A stretch of 64,000 bases of DNA, from assembly GCF_026571515.1 (NCBI RefSeq), contig NW_026858411.1, positions 124,001 through 188,000 on the forward strand, given 5' to 3'. Positions 23,955 through 38,170 of the stretch are shown piece after piece; position 1 is the stretch's first letter; each line of letters opens with the position of its first letter. The notes below the pieces were generated by a model that saw nothing but the letters and a program-made list of their open reading frames with translations, was not told the DNA's origin and did not search any database. Source of the DNA: Ruditapes philippinarum. Lineage: Eukaryota. Made by a program: the position numbers and the translations under genes.

Positions 23955-26280
23955 GATACTTGAAACAAGCCCACGGTTCAAATACGTCTGATATATTCCA
24001 CCTTAAACAAAGAGTAAATAAAAGATCACGTGTTAAATTAATAAAACGGGGTCAGTATATAAGGAATTCATGTCGCGTTTAGAGAAATGTATGCTGTTTT
24101 CGGAATATGTAATGCATTATTCAATCAGTAAACTAAGCTAACATGTTCATGAATTCATACCACATACATACTCATGTTGCTAACTTAAAAATCTGACAAG
24201 CTGAAAATTAGACAAATTCTATGAGCTATCAATTTTAAAGAAAAAATATGTAAACTATTGTTTCCTTTTCAATGCAAAACATCTCTAGGGAAAAGAAGCC
24301 TGAGAAATATGATAAAAATATAACAGATTCTATAAAATGATGATGTTACATAATGATGTTAATTGATTTATCACTAGAAAGTTGTAATTTATAAATGAGT
24401 GTAAAACCCAAATATAAAAATTCTAAAACTACACATTTTTATCATAAAGATCGTGAAGTTTCATTACAATTAACTTACTAAATAAAAAAGTTATAAATAC
24501 ATTTCTTACTTGTTAACTATCCGAAAATTTATTCTTATCTGACAATACATCAGACGACATCTTCTAAACTGATGCAAAATACATTTCGTAAATATAAGCT
24601 CAACCATTTGAACGAGGGGTTCAAGGCTTAAAGTCTAACATTTTATCGTATCATTTAGTCATATTATGTTCTTATTAGTCGTCTAGTCTATTGTAATTTG
24701 AACATGCAAATTGATGCTATCTGCATGCATTTGCATATTTCCGTTTGTTTGTATGTAATTGAGCAGACGTTAATTCATTCTCATTGTTTGTACTTTTGTT
24801 GTGTGTCGCTTAAGATAACTATGCTACACCATGTAAATTATAACTTGCAATATTATATATCAAATAAAAGAGGTCATGAAATTAGAATTAATGTCTTTTT
24901 TTAAACAAGTCATAAATTAACTCAATCTGCAGACATGTCTCTTTGCATATATAATTATTAATTGACCATATCATGTTGTGGTTTAAAGGTCAGTTGAATT
25001 TCACATTGTGTCAAGTAAATATAGGATTACAATACTGCTGTCCATTGTTTCTATCAAATCGGCGAATACACGATAAAATTGCGTACAAAATACAAAAAGG
25101 GGCACTCTTTCAATATAACCGGAAAGTAACTAGATGACTTTGATAGTGTGTGATTGACTTACAGTCTAATAAAATTGACGAAGGCGATAATATGATTTAT
25201 GCGGAACTTTGGGTTAAATGATATGGAGATGTACTTCTAAAAAAAGAATATAACTTTTCAAATGCGTCTATGAAAGCGACCAGTTCCACCAGAATTTGTT
25301 ATTAACAGTTTTATATCTAATGCGACAAAAAATAATAAGACTGATACTACTTGATGACGTTAAGTATTTTGACAAAAAAAAGTTTACAGCCAGTTTCAAG
25401 TAGTAGTAATTAACAGGGCTTTCACGTGGATAACGTACAGGATATTTGTTTTTATTTTATTTCATCGAGTTTGCTTTAAAACTGTATTCTCACGAGATGA
25501 TCAAACTTTCATCTTCATATTACGCAATGTTGCTTTTACAAATGACGACAACTTTATATGGTATGTGTCCATTTTGGGTCGTCATGAAAACCGGCTATAC
25601 GCTACGTTACGCTTTTTCACCAAGATATAGCCAGGCTTCAGTACATATTTGTGCAGTCTGACCAGGCCCTATATTATTGTATATTATTAGTAGGTGAAGT
25701 GTTTTATTGTGATATTGAAAATCCTTAGAACTCGATTGGACTGTTTCAAATATAAAGCAGAAGGAGCACATTACACAACAAATTAAGCAAGTTTGGCAAT
25801 AAAATCTTTTGCACTTTTCTCGTGTAAATAACCAGTAATATAACTACACTACACATAAGTACATTAAATATATTATTTCAAACAAATAAATATATGAATC
25901 TTTTATATTTGATTTAATTTTCATGACCTGCAATAAGCAATGTATATGTAAGCACAATAATGCTAATAAAAGTCGAACATTTAATCAATGTTGTTTACTT
26001 TAGGTGGAGATGATCTCGTTCTGTAACATGAGATAAGCTTTTTGATTACATATTGCAGACTTAAAGATAACATTTGTTTAAATTAGAACGTGTTGTTCCT
26101 CATCTTTTGGCGTTCAAAGTTATTGAAGACGAACAGACTTGGTGATTTTATTAAACAAGCGCAGTAGCACCTTCAATAGGTCATAACTGTACCTGTATGA
26201 CTAATGTTAATGCGATAATATAAACTGTTCAGGGATTAATACACACGACTTTCAAATTTCAATTTGTAACGTTATATATT

Positions 26281-27121
26281 TTACAACCCCTCTTCGATTG
26301 CTCGTTGAACCGGGTCCGGAAGAGTGCTATCTTCGCTTGTTAGATAATGGATCCAGTAGCCCAACATCCTGTCTAAAGGAACCTTTCCATCAACTGGCGA
26401 AAAATGCGCATAAAACCTTTTATCCTTCTCTTCGTCGCCGTGTCCCTCTGCCTTCAACATTGCTACAATTTCCTTTTCTGAAAGAAAACCATCGTGCGCG
26501 ACATCGAGGAAGTCACCAATCTCAGCTTGACATTTTTTAATTCGCTCAACAAACTTCTCTTTGTCCGCTTTGAATGCAGCATTTTGGTATTCTGCAAATT
26601 CGTCCACCGTTAATTCTTCTTTTCCCCAATTCACGTATTCGCACCACCATTTCGTGAATTTGTCACTTATTTCCTTCTTTTCGTCATCTTTCAACTGATG
26701 CTGTCTTGTAAATTTCTCTCTGAAAGACAAACACATTTGTTACCGCCATCATTTAAATTTGGCTTGAAGGAATCTTTGAAGAGTTAAATAGATGAAAACA
26801 ATGTAGAAAGACACATAATTTTTATTCAAACTTAAAATGTACGGAGATGTATAGAATATCGTTTACGAAGATGTATTGACACACAGACAATTAACGTATT
26901 TAACAAACAAAGCAAGTTATCTTTGTTTTTCGTTTAAGTAATAATAATTTATGGATAATCATTATTATCCTATCCTTATTATGTATAATTAATAGTGAGT
27001 GAAATAATATATGTCGTTACCTTGCTTTCTCCATGTCTGCAAAGCAAACTTTGCCATCATTATTACCATCAAATAAAGTAAACCAGTGCTTCCACTTGGA
27101 GATAAGGTAGTCATTCGCCAT
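26281..27121 (-). CDS. SCP-like EF-hand protein (copy D, 179 aa), recent tandem duplicate of C
   Basis: Exons 27021-27121 (MANDYLISKWKHWFTLFDGNNDGKVCFADMEKAR) and 26281-26719. Flanks are homologous to those of copy C. Confidence 0.92.
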
Positions 27122-29138
27122 AGCGCTTGAAATAAACCCACTGTTCAAATACGTCAGATGTTTTCCTTCTTAAACGCCCTAATTAACAAGAAATTATCAT
27201 GTGTTGAGTAAATAAAACGTTGTCGACACGCGGAGTTTATTTAAGTTTTAATAAATCAAAGGGTCTCCACTTAAGGGTATTTTGACATGACAGGACTGGA
27301 AACATTTTTTTCAAGCATTGTGTACCGAGGTCTGAACCAATAACTTTTGTACGAAATTTTAAGATCATTCACTCACCATGTTTTTCCAGAATCATGTGAA
27401 TGAAAAGAGTTGCAACGCTTTGCACTCAAAGGTGGCTAAGAATTGCACGTTATTGTGAAGGTCTGTATTGCTCGAGCTGAACGTGTAAAGTTGTCTAACG
27501 AGCTCATATGGCTTGCAGGGAATGCAACTTAATGCAATCAACGAGAGCGAAATAGCGTATTCATGTAATTGCTTTTTTATAATTTACCATCTTTTGAATA
27601 CGTAAGACTATAAAGATAATCAGTTAAACATAACATGTTTTATAAAATTAGGATTATCAATAATGTTGCTAATTGACTGCTCAATAAAACAAATTAAAAC
27701 AAACATCTTTGCGACTATGATTGATTGAAGATATGAAGAAACATACAAAAACTAAAATACATAATTATCTCACAATCATCGCGCAGTTTCATTACTATTT
27801 ACAGATTAAGATTAAAAAAGATAAAACAGAAAATAATGAATACATTTCTTACTTGTTTATTATCGAAAGATGTATTCAAATCCGACCATGTATCGGATGA
27901 AATTCATGTCTTATAAACTGACGCAAGGTAACCTAGATTTTGTAATAAACACAATAATTTAGAAGAGGGGTTCAAGGCTATAACCATTATATAACATATA
28001 TTAACGTTTCCCAACAAATGTTATAAAACCTGGCATTTCATTATGTCATTTAAGCTTATTATTTTCACTAGTCATCTACTTTATGATAATTTCAACCTGC
28101 AAATTGCAACTGCACATTTCCGCTTATTTGAGCGAGCTGACGATAATTGATTCTCATTATTTATCCACTTGTTGTTGTGTGTCCTTCATTACTATTATTG
28201 CTAAAAACAGCTTTATGCTATGAACATTAAACTTTCAGTATAATATTGCAAATAAAAGAGGTCAAGGACTTGGAAAACTAATGTTTTCTTGTTTTAAACA
28301 AATGCATCTTTAAAGCTACACGCCTCCAGATGAGCCAAAACATTTCAAGAAATTCAATCTTAAGAAAAATGTATTGAGATCTTAAGAAAAGTAAAAAGAT
28401 TCAATATTTTATTAATTATTGACATGATATGTGCGATTGATGGTTGAATTTGCAGTATCAATCCCTATAATTCTACTGCGTCACTAACACAGGAAGAGGT
28501 ATTTATGTATATTTTTACCTCTTTTTTGGTAATTAACGTGGATTGTAAGTGCCGTTTGCAATGTATACATTACTTTCTTTGTTTATTCACAGTATTTTAC
28601 TTTCAAATACATTTTCATGAAAATAATCAGGTGCCTGGAGGCTTAAAACCTGCTGCCTCTCAGATAAAGTTATCAAATAGTCTCATCTTTTTGTCGTGTG
28701 GAGGTTAGCATATGGTGTCAAATAAATATAGGATCACAATACTGATACCAGTTATCCATTGTTTCTATCACATCGGCGGTTAAACTCAAATGAGTAACCG
28801 CTTGTATCGTAAAACAAAGCAGGTACTTCATATGTTTCTCTTCCAATAAAGCCGGAAAGGAAACATATGACCTTGCTTATGTCTATGTATCAAATACAAT
28901 CAGAAGAAGGCGATTAGCTTATACGGGATATTCGGGTTTTAGGTTTAGATCATATGCAGACGTTTTGTACTTTAACATCAGTGACCAGTTAAATCAGAAT
29001 CCATTTTTTTCTTTTTGGAAATATGAGAACAATTTCACCTCTAATTCATGCGACCGCAAATGAAAAGATTGCTACATTTCGATAATTTTTCGACAATGAG
29101 AGTTTTATAATTTCCAATTATTTGTCAATATAGATGAT

Positions 29139-29377
29139 ATGAGCCGCGTCACGACAAAACCAACATAATGGGTTTGCGACCAGCATGGATCCAGACCAGC
29201 CTGCGCATCCGCGCAGTCTGATCAGGATCCATGCTGTTCGCTATCAGTTTCTCTACTTATAATAGAGTTGGTAAGCGAACAGCATGGATCCTGATCAGAC
29301 TGCGCGGATGCGCAGGCTGGTCTGGATCCATGCTGGTCGCAAACCTATTATGTTGGTTTTGTGTTGACGCGGCTCAT
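29139..29377. mobile_element. Palindromic MITE (~240 bp, ~105-bp TIRs, GAG..CTC ends; possibly Sola-type)
   Basis: atgagccgcgtca..tgacgcggctcat, a near-perfect GC-rich inverted repeat with AT-rich flanks (atat/attt). Confidence 0.88.
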
Positions 29378-30282
29378 TTAGAATTATATATAATTCAGTT
29401 TTGAAATGTAATTTCATTTAAATTAAATTTGATGTCAGTTTCTTAAATAAAAAGCGTACAGAATCACTAAATTATGTTTAAGCAAATTGCATTACAAGAA
29501 CAAATCTCGGGAGTAATAAGAACAAATGTGGAAGAAAGTATAAGTTTGAAACAGATGTAGTTCTTTAACCAGCTGGAACATTTTTTCCCCATTGTTCACA
29601 GAGATATTTAGCGTTAATAAACTATAAATGTTCTAACTTGACCATGTTCTAACCTGACCCAGTTTTTTCATCATAATGCTTTTCGTATTCATTTCGTATT
29701 AATTTATAGATTAAAAATTCAGAAAGAAAAAATAAAATGTTTTTCCCGAGTCTCCCTTTATCATCAAATAAAATGATTACCTGTACTTGCATATTGTTGT
29801 TAGCACTCAGGTGAATATCTGTTTGTCTTTTTATCAAAACCATTACAAACTATCAAAATTGAAAAAAAATCTACATTTCAGTCAGAGCAACAACTCTCTC
29901 TTGAATCGGCCATTAAAATGTGAAAACTACACTATTTAACAACATTTGGAAGGTAAAGGTATATTCTACGCTTCCTTCTGTATTGTGATGTAAAACTAAG
30001 GTAAGTTATACATGTTTTGAATATTATACATTTTATTCCATGAATTATAGTTTTACACGGTATAAGCATAAAAATAATGAAAGTTCGAGTCATTTGCTTA
30101 TTAGGATGCATTAATAAACTGCTTATGTTTTATTTCCATTATAATATTACACAGTGCATATGATTAAATTACAACGAAAATTTGGCAAAATAATTACTTT
30201 GAAATGAAATGTCATTACTTCAAAATTGTCTGAAATATCAATACATGTTGAGTAATAGAACAATAGCAGTTATTCATTTAGT

Positions 30283-32139
30283 TTACTGGTTGATATCGCC
30301 CATTGCCTTTTGGCATGGATCAGGCAATGAACTATCTTCGGATGTTAGGTGATGCGTCCACAACTCCACCATTTTCTTGACTGGAAACGTGTTACCCTTT
30401 TTGTTGAATTCATGGAAAAACTTTTTATCCTGTTCTTCATCACCATGGCCACCTGCTTTCAAGATGATCAATATGTCTTCTTCGGAGATATTTCCATCGC
30501 CAGAAACACCGACAAAGTGACAAATAATCTCCTCGCATTTATGCATCCTTGCCACAAATGCCTCTTTGTTGGCTTTAAAAGCAGCATTTTGCTTTTCTAA
30601 AAACTCATCTACCGTGATTTCTTTCTTCCCCCACATAACGTATTCAACCCACCATTTAGTAAAGGCGTCGTTAGATTTTTGCTTCTGTTCCCCTTCTAAA
30701 TGATGAAGACTTGTAAACTTGCTCCTGTCGTGTAAAGATTACAATCATTAAAATTTGGATTGTCCAACATATTTTTAAAGGTAAGTGTAAAATATAATTA
30801 TCATGTATCTAACAAAGTATATGTAAATAGATATTTCATCTATGTCTTGTTAGAATAAGTTTATTGAAATGAAACAAGGGACGGAATGTGAGTTTTGTCA
30901 TTGATGGTTCAGAGGCAAGTGAAAAGTTTAAAGAATTATAACACGATTGATATGTTTTATTCAAGTATGTAGCCTTTTAAAGAAACATTACAAATCATTT
31001 AAAACATATTAAAATCATTAACAAACATTATCTTTTGCTTATTAAATAAATGGTTATCCCGTTTAATAAGAGACTTTTCCTATAGCACTGTAAATTTCTA
31101 CATTTGTGTCGTTATGCCATAAAACCAAATAAAACAAGAAGGAAAATTTGAATTCTCTTTTACTTTTCGTAATGAAATATAATTAACATAAATATTTATA
31201 AATTATATTCATAAAAAATTGTCGGGCCTTTAATGAGTGATAAAAATTGTCTGTGCTTTAATGAGTGATAACACTGAATTTGTCTTAGCAAATGGACTTA
31301 AAAGGACTTGACTGGGATAAATTTTCTACAATTAAATATAATAAAGGAACAAGCACGGATTCGAGATAACAAGTGTCGTTGCATTGTACTGAGATTATCT
31401 GAGAGCTATGTCTTACATAATTCTCAACTCACACTTAAAGTTTCCATATTTGCATTTGTAAAAATTAAAATTCTTTGGAAATTTTTATTGAACTTTTAGA
31501 CATATACCGGTATACGTCTGCTTGCATCATATGAAATTTCTACCCGGACAGACATTTATCATTGAAATAGAAAAATATCGCTAAAGTGGAAGGATATAAC
31601 AATAAAACCAAACACCAATCCTTGAACATGATCCACACAACCAACAAACCTATATTTTATGAAATAAGGAAAAAACAGAATACCTAAAGAACGCCATAAA
31701 ACGACAAAAATGAAATTGATTGAGTCTGACGGTACTAGACATTGCAAGGTAGCCTATAATCATGATAATGCCCCTAGCACTGGTTTAAGCAAAATTCTTT
31801 ATTTCAACATGTTATAATGTAATATCAAGAAAAATGAATATCTGTTTTTGATTTTGTCAAGTTGATAACCGTTTCACTTTCCGTGAAACCACTTCAAACA
31901 CTCTCCCATTTTAAATAACAACAACAATGTCATATACATGTCGCATTGTCTTTCCGAGCAAGATGACATGTTGTTGTTAAACATCAAATATGTTGAAATT
32001 CATTGCTTTGCATGAAATGATACATTAATAAATCATACCTTGCAGTTTCCATATCGGCATAGCAAACTTTTCCATCTTTGTTGTGGTCAAAAAAGCCAAA
32101 CCAATTTCTCCATTTTGATATCAGATAGTCGTTTGCCAT
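30283..32139 (-). CDS. SCP-like EF-hand protein (copy E, 180 aa)
   Basis: Exons 32039-32139 (MANDYLISKWRNWFGFFDHNKDGKVCYADMETAR) and 30283-30724. The EF3 loop is degenerate (GVSGDGNISEED). Candidate non-coding exon donors at about 33500 and 33702, and TATAAAA at about 33785. Confidence 0.9.
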
Positions 32140-34063
32140 TGTTGATTTTCTGTAAAACCACAAATAAAACTATCCAGTGATATCTAAAAAAAAGATTTAA
32201 AAGACCCGCCTAGCTAGACACTTCTGCCTGGTAGCATATTTATTACAGCCATTATTATTCAAGAAATTAAATTAACATTCTAGAACAGTTGGATTTATTA
32301 TCAATACTTGCCAAATTAAAATATAGGATTGTACAAAAAGTAATTGGGCCGAAACTTATCTTGAGCAGTTATGATTGAACTTTCAAACTGCAATTTAAAT
32401 GCAACAATGTAAGACGATAGCTACAGCGTTCCGTGATAATGAAATGCATGTACGTTACATATTGGCCCTACTAACACATGACCCCACATTTTTAACGAAT
32501 TATTTTCGTAATTTGCGAAGAGAATACAGGCCACTTGTGATAACACAATATGATAAATATCCATATTCAAGGACCTTGGCAAGATATTACAGGTTCAGAC
32601 ATCCTTTAACCAATCTATATCAGTAGTTAAAAGGGCCCTTCAATAACCAAGTTACAGAAGGAGTTGATAAAAAAAGTCAAACTTAGCGGATATGCAGAAA
32701 ATGGTACAATCCGTACAATCCTAAGTAGTATCAATACTATAATGGAATTGAGAAAATAACAGAAGAGAACAAACATTGAATCAACGCATTATATAAACAT
32801 AATGGAACATTCATTAAAACATCACAATTATGTCTTTTGAATATAAATGAAGTACACTCAATAACTTTGATAAAATCTGTCATATATTTAATGAACATTG
32901 AATCTGATAAATAATTCGCATTAAATTTGGTGAAGATAATAATCATCTTCAAGGCCATCATCTGTAGGGATTTCATTTTAATAAATTAACATTTACGTAA
33001 TTTAGGACACTAAAAAAGTTACAAGACGAAATCAGAAAGTTCACAAAAGTAACTATCGAGTTTATAGCCTATAAACTGCAAATCAAACTTTGCACTGACA
33101 CCTTATAGACAACATCTTGTATGCATAACTATATAGATGAAAAATACCATAGATGGCATATGATATTGAATATTATTTGTTCAAACTTTTGTGTAAATAT
33201 TTGTTCATATTCAAATTAAAATCTATAACAATTGGTTAGAGCATGTAAAATTTGTTGAGTTTATTATGAAAATAACACTTATCACTTTATAAAAATGATG
33301 TCAAATTTAAAAAGTTAACGGTTTCATTAGTTAAAGATGAATCAAAATTCAAGTTAATATATTGCAAATGCACGTTTTGTTGAATATACAGCAAAGCTTC
33401 AAATTATCACAACTAGCCAGTAAATTACAGAAACATGTTTCTATTTGATTTAGCAAATTAAAATCTGTATGAAATATTATAAGTTGATAAGATGTGACTT
33501 ACCTAAATGCTCTATTTATCACCCACACGATGCGTATAACACAAAAATGTTGAACTTTGTTTTTAATGAATTAGATTTTTAATGACTGTTTTTACTATGT
33601 ATAACATTATGATTTTTAAAATACAAAAAAAAACTATAAATAAACCATAAAGACATTTGTTTCTGTTAGATAAAATAAAAAAATAAAATGAAAAATGCAG
33701 TACCTGTTTACAGATAACCTGGCGAGCGTTGTGTCAGTAACAGTATATGATAACTGTCTGGCAGGTGAGCGCACATTACATTGTTTTATACGCATCCTAA
33801 TATATCTAATTTATTCACACATTGATAAAGATACTTAACTGTCAAAGTAGGGCACCATGAACGAAAACACATGCTTTGCATAATAAAATTGTATGAAAAT
33901 GAAGTCGTGATGTTATTGAATTAATTTGCAATTACTGCGTAACTATACTTTTCTTCTTTACCTATAAATAGGTCGTTCTTAGGCTATCAAACCTACTTTT
34001 TAATTACATAATGTGAGATTTGGGGTTATGAAATTACATTATTTTCATTATTGTTATCATTTT

Positions 34064-34064
<1 letters not shown>

Positions 34065-34154
<90 letters not shown>
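34065..34154. repeat. Head-to-head (AAT)n/(ATT)n microsatellite
   Basis: An (AAT)n run switches directly to (ATT)n near 34101. Confidence 0.97.
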
Positions 34155-35586
34155 GATAAATAAATTTGTACCTGTTTCATGTAATGTATTTGATGTCCAT
34201 ATATATGTAATGAAACTAACTGTGTAAAATTGTGAAGAGTTTAAATTAAAGGTTTAAAAAGAATAGGTTTCATAATCATGTTATTCTTATCAAAAACCTA
34301 TGCAGAGAATGTTTTGGAGTAAACATTTTGGTATATAAATGAACACGTGATATTCACGCGGTTTCACTTTACGAAAATGACTTGATTTTCTCCTCGAGAC
34401 ACATTTTATATCGTGTTCCTCACTACAATGTGTGGTATAAGGCTTTTAACCATGAAAATGTTAAAATATTATCAGGAACACCTTTTGTATCGTTTGTTTT
34501 TCCTACCACGGAAATCAAAAAGTAGAGGCACCGTATTGATACGAGCTTTCCTCCTATTTGGATAAACGTATTAATTTTCAGAAAAATGAGCATGTGTTAA
34601 AAATTTTTATGTAGGATATTCTAATGTTCACAGCTAGCTTTATGCCCAGGATTTCGAGTATTTTATGCCTTTGTTAAAATTACTTCATTAATTACTGTCT
34701 TAATTTTATACCATTATTGCTCTCTAATCTTCTACTCTCAATGGTTGTTGATATTTATAGAATAACAAATTTTAGTTGTATAACTACTTCTCTTTATTTT
34801 TACTATGACATCTGCACCCTTTGAAAAAGAAAAATACATTTATTTCGATTTGAAAATATCATGCATATCTTCTGTATCTGAAATCGACTTTTCATGTCCT
34901 CGTTTCATCATACATGCGCAAAGTACTTTCTGTGCCTACTCAAACTATTGATTATTATTTTTATAAAGCGACTACCCTAAGTACTTATAAGTTACTGTTG
35001 GATGCAAGATTATGTAATGTTTTGCTATATTAAGTATGGCCATAGACCACTCTTTTTACTCGTTATACGTTTTGATTATATGATCCAAACATTGTCAAAA
35101 GCATATTTATGTTCGATTTGATATTGTATGCATATTTCTTAAAGATCAACCATGTTTTTTTCGTTTTAAAATGCGAATGATGCTTGTGAAATTCAAAGCA
35201 CAAGTATAGTTTAAAGATGATCAAATTTTATATTTTCTAAGCACTAATTCGTGCATTATTGAAAAAGTATTTAACACTCTAACAACCAGTATATAATGAT
35301 AACTCAGTGCCATGTATTTATTTTCAAAAGTTATTGTAACTCATGAACCTTTGTGAAACTTGTATGTCTTTAATATTTCTTCAAAGTTTTGGATATTGTT
35401 ACACGATGAACTAAAAATGTAGAAAAATGTATTTATTTCACAAACAAACCAATAATAGTTAAAATAATTCAATCAAAGTTAATTTCAAAATTATTTTTTC
35501 TATAATTCATACTGTTGTGTCTGTAGCAGTGTGTTGTGCAGTCGCCTTTATGGGACCATGGCAGTGATGAAAGGGATGTATCAGCT

Positions 35587-35850
35587 TTAGAAGACACCTG
35601 CTTCAAATGCATCTTTGATAATATCCTTTTGCGAATTGTCTTCGCATGTTAGAAATGTTACCCATGTATCTACTATTTTTTTAATAGGAATATTTCCATT
35701 TTCTGGTTCGTAAGAGTTGAAGAAATCTTTATTTAGTTGTACTCTTTCAAAGCCACCTAACCTTAAACCGTTTAAAAAATCTTCTTCATCTATCATGCCA
35801 TCACTGTTAATGTCTATAGTATCATAAATCTTCTGGCATAGTGCCTTTAT
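35587..35850 (-). pseudogene. SCP last-exon 3' fragment (truncated duplicate of copy F)
   Basis: About 35370-35850 duplicates about 36578-37058. It breaks off into an unrelated duplicated block at 35851. Confidence 0.88.
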
Positions 35851-36099
35851 CCTTACAGCTGTATGGTCTTTATGAGTTTTACCTAGTTCAGACTAGCAAT
35901 AATTATCATTTATTTCTCAGCTGGTCCTTTGTATTCAATTTTTATATTGTGTAAGTGTGTTTGATGAACACATTGTAAGTTATAACGGCTCTGTAAATGT
36001 AATATGGCCAGTTTTCAGCTTTATTGGTGGAGAGAACCTCGTGTGTTCATACGTGCTTATTTCAGACATAAGCGGGCACATGGGTTAATGTTTAGTAGC

Positions 36100-36415
36100 A
36101 GGAATAATAAAATCAGTCATATTTTGCGGTTCGGATCGGAATATCCGTCCCGAGGTGACCCGCCATTTGTGCGGTAACGAGGCTTGATAAAGATTAAGAT
36201 AAATTCTTTATTTTTAATTTCAATGGAAATTTATATCATTACAACCGTAACTACTTTCTTACAACAGCGTATGATTTACAACTTCATTCATAACGGTAAA
36301 ATGACGTCATCCTAAGCGTGCCATTGTACAGCACGCGAATCATCTGGCACCCCCCATGCCAGATGAAATTTCCGGCCTGGGTAAAGCTCACGGAAACGCC
36401 AGTCTGATATGCAAG
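36100..36415. mobile_element. ~310-bp non-autonomous transposon insertion
   Basis: GC-richer block interrupting gtagcaagaaagc.tcatctgatgac, which is contiguous in the paralogous blocks at about 38617 and 46166. Confidence 0.6.
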
Positions 36416-36794
36416 AAAGCTTCATCTGATGACAGAATCCAATCCAAACATACAGCTTTTAACACATTGTAGATACGGTTTACTCACACAACAGTTGTGA
36501 CTGTTTAATAGGGCGGTAACGAAAACCATGTCGGACTTAACAATATGCAATAGAAGAACCTTCCTTACCCAATGTCTTGAATATTTCTTCAAAGATTTGG
36601 ATATTGTTACACGATGAACTAAAAATGTACAAAATGTATTTATTTCACAAACAAACCAATAATAATTAAAATAATTCAATCAAAGTTAATTTCAAAATTA
36701 TTTTTTTCTATAATTCATACTGTTGTGTCTGTAGCAGTGTGTTGTGCAGTCGCTTTTATGGGACCATGGCAGTGATGAAAGGGATGTATCAGCT

Positions 36795-37680
36795 TTAGAA
36801 GACACCTGCTTCAAATGCATCTTTGATAATATCCTTTTGCGAATTGTTTTCGCATGTTAGAAATGTTACCCATGTATTTACTATTTTTTTAATGGGAATA
36901 TTTCCATTTTCTGGTTCGTAAGAGTTGAAGAAATCTTTATTTAGTTGTACTCTTTCAAAGCCACCTTATCTTAAACCGTTTAAAAATTCTTCTACATTTA
37001 TCATGCCATCATTGTTTATGTCTATAGTAACATAAATCTTCTGGCATAGTGCCTTAATCGTTTTAGCGTATTTCCCTTTGTCTTTCTTGTAATCGGCGCT
37101 TTGTTTTTCAACAAACTCTTGTTCTGTGATAGGGCCTGGTTTGCCACGAAATATAAATACATTCCACCATTTGTCCAATTTCCCGATGATGTCTTTTTTC
37201 TTCTCCTTGCCAAAATGATGGAGGCGCACAAATTTTTCTCTGTAATTTACAATAATATTTTGCGTTTATTTGAAACATGTCTTTAATTTGGTCATGGTTT
37301 TAAGGATATTATATATACTTTGAATAACATTTTTTTATTTGGAAAAAAAGAAGTAAAATTTAGACTGTAATATTTCTGGCTAGAGAAAGTGAAAAAAAGT
37401 TTAAAAACCTGTGAAGAAGAAAAATGGGACCAAGACTGATCTAAAAAAAATATTAATCTCAAACGACTCGAGTACCTAGTTAAGCTATTATAGCTATTGG
37501 GATCAAAGGACCAGGAAAATATTGCACACATGCATGCTTTTGGAAGATCGGTATGTTAAAAAAATCTTACTTTTCCCTGGACACGAACTTTCGTGTAAGA
37601 ACTCCATCTTTTGCTCCAAGGGCTTTAAACCAAATCTTCCACTTTAATATTAGATAATCGTTTGCCAGCTTTCTACGCAA
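36795..37680 (-). pseudogene. SCP-like pseudogene (copy F)
   Basis: Exons 37571-37680 and 36795-37239. Start ATG>CTG (37666-37668), EF1 loop eroded (ALGAKDGV), and premature TAA at 36966-36968 where the duplicate has TTA. Confidence 0.88.
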
Positions 37681-37954
37681 CTGAAGGTTAAAAATTAAGT
37701 TAAACTGTTGTCAAAAAGGATTATACATTTTGGCAAAATATGTATACAAGTCCAGATTGTAATATTACAGAAGATATATGGTAAAACATGTTTCGTTATT
37801 TGTTTTCCGTATGAAGAATCCAGTTTTGTATTGCTGTCCTCGTGCTCGTGCGATGTCCTCAGTCAATTAAGTTTTAGTATATTATGAAACTATCGAGGCC
37901 GTTATAGCATTAAACTGTTTTAATTGGCTCCCCTAGTCACGCATCTTAAAACGC

Positions 37955-38170
37955 ATTAAACCATCTACAATAAACATCCTCATCATAATACTCAGTCGAT
38001 TCAAACAAATCTATATAAATATCATCTGTTATCATACCATCTACAGTCAGAGTCAAATAAATTACATACAAGTTTCTCGTTTTCCCTCATTCTTTTGACA
38101 AACATTTCTTTAACTGAGTCATATGCCTTTCTCAGGTACCCAACAAATTAGGATTTCATGAGATGTGACT
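37955..38170 (-). pseudogene. Decayed fragment of an A-type SCP last exon
   Basis: Aligns to about 470-690 (attaaaccatctac..ttcttttgacaaacatttcttt..tgactg) with indels. It is joined by deletion to the block homologous to 1275 onward. Confidence 0.8.
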
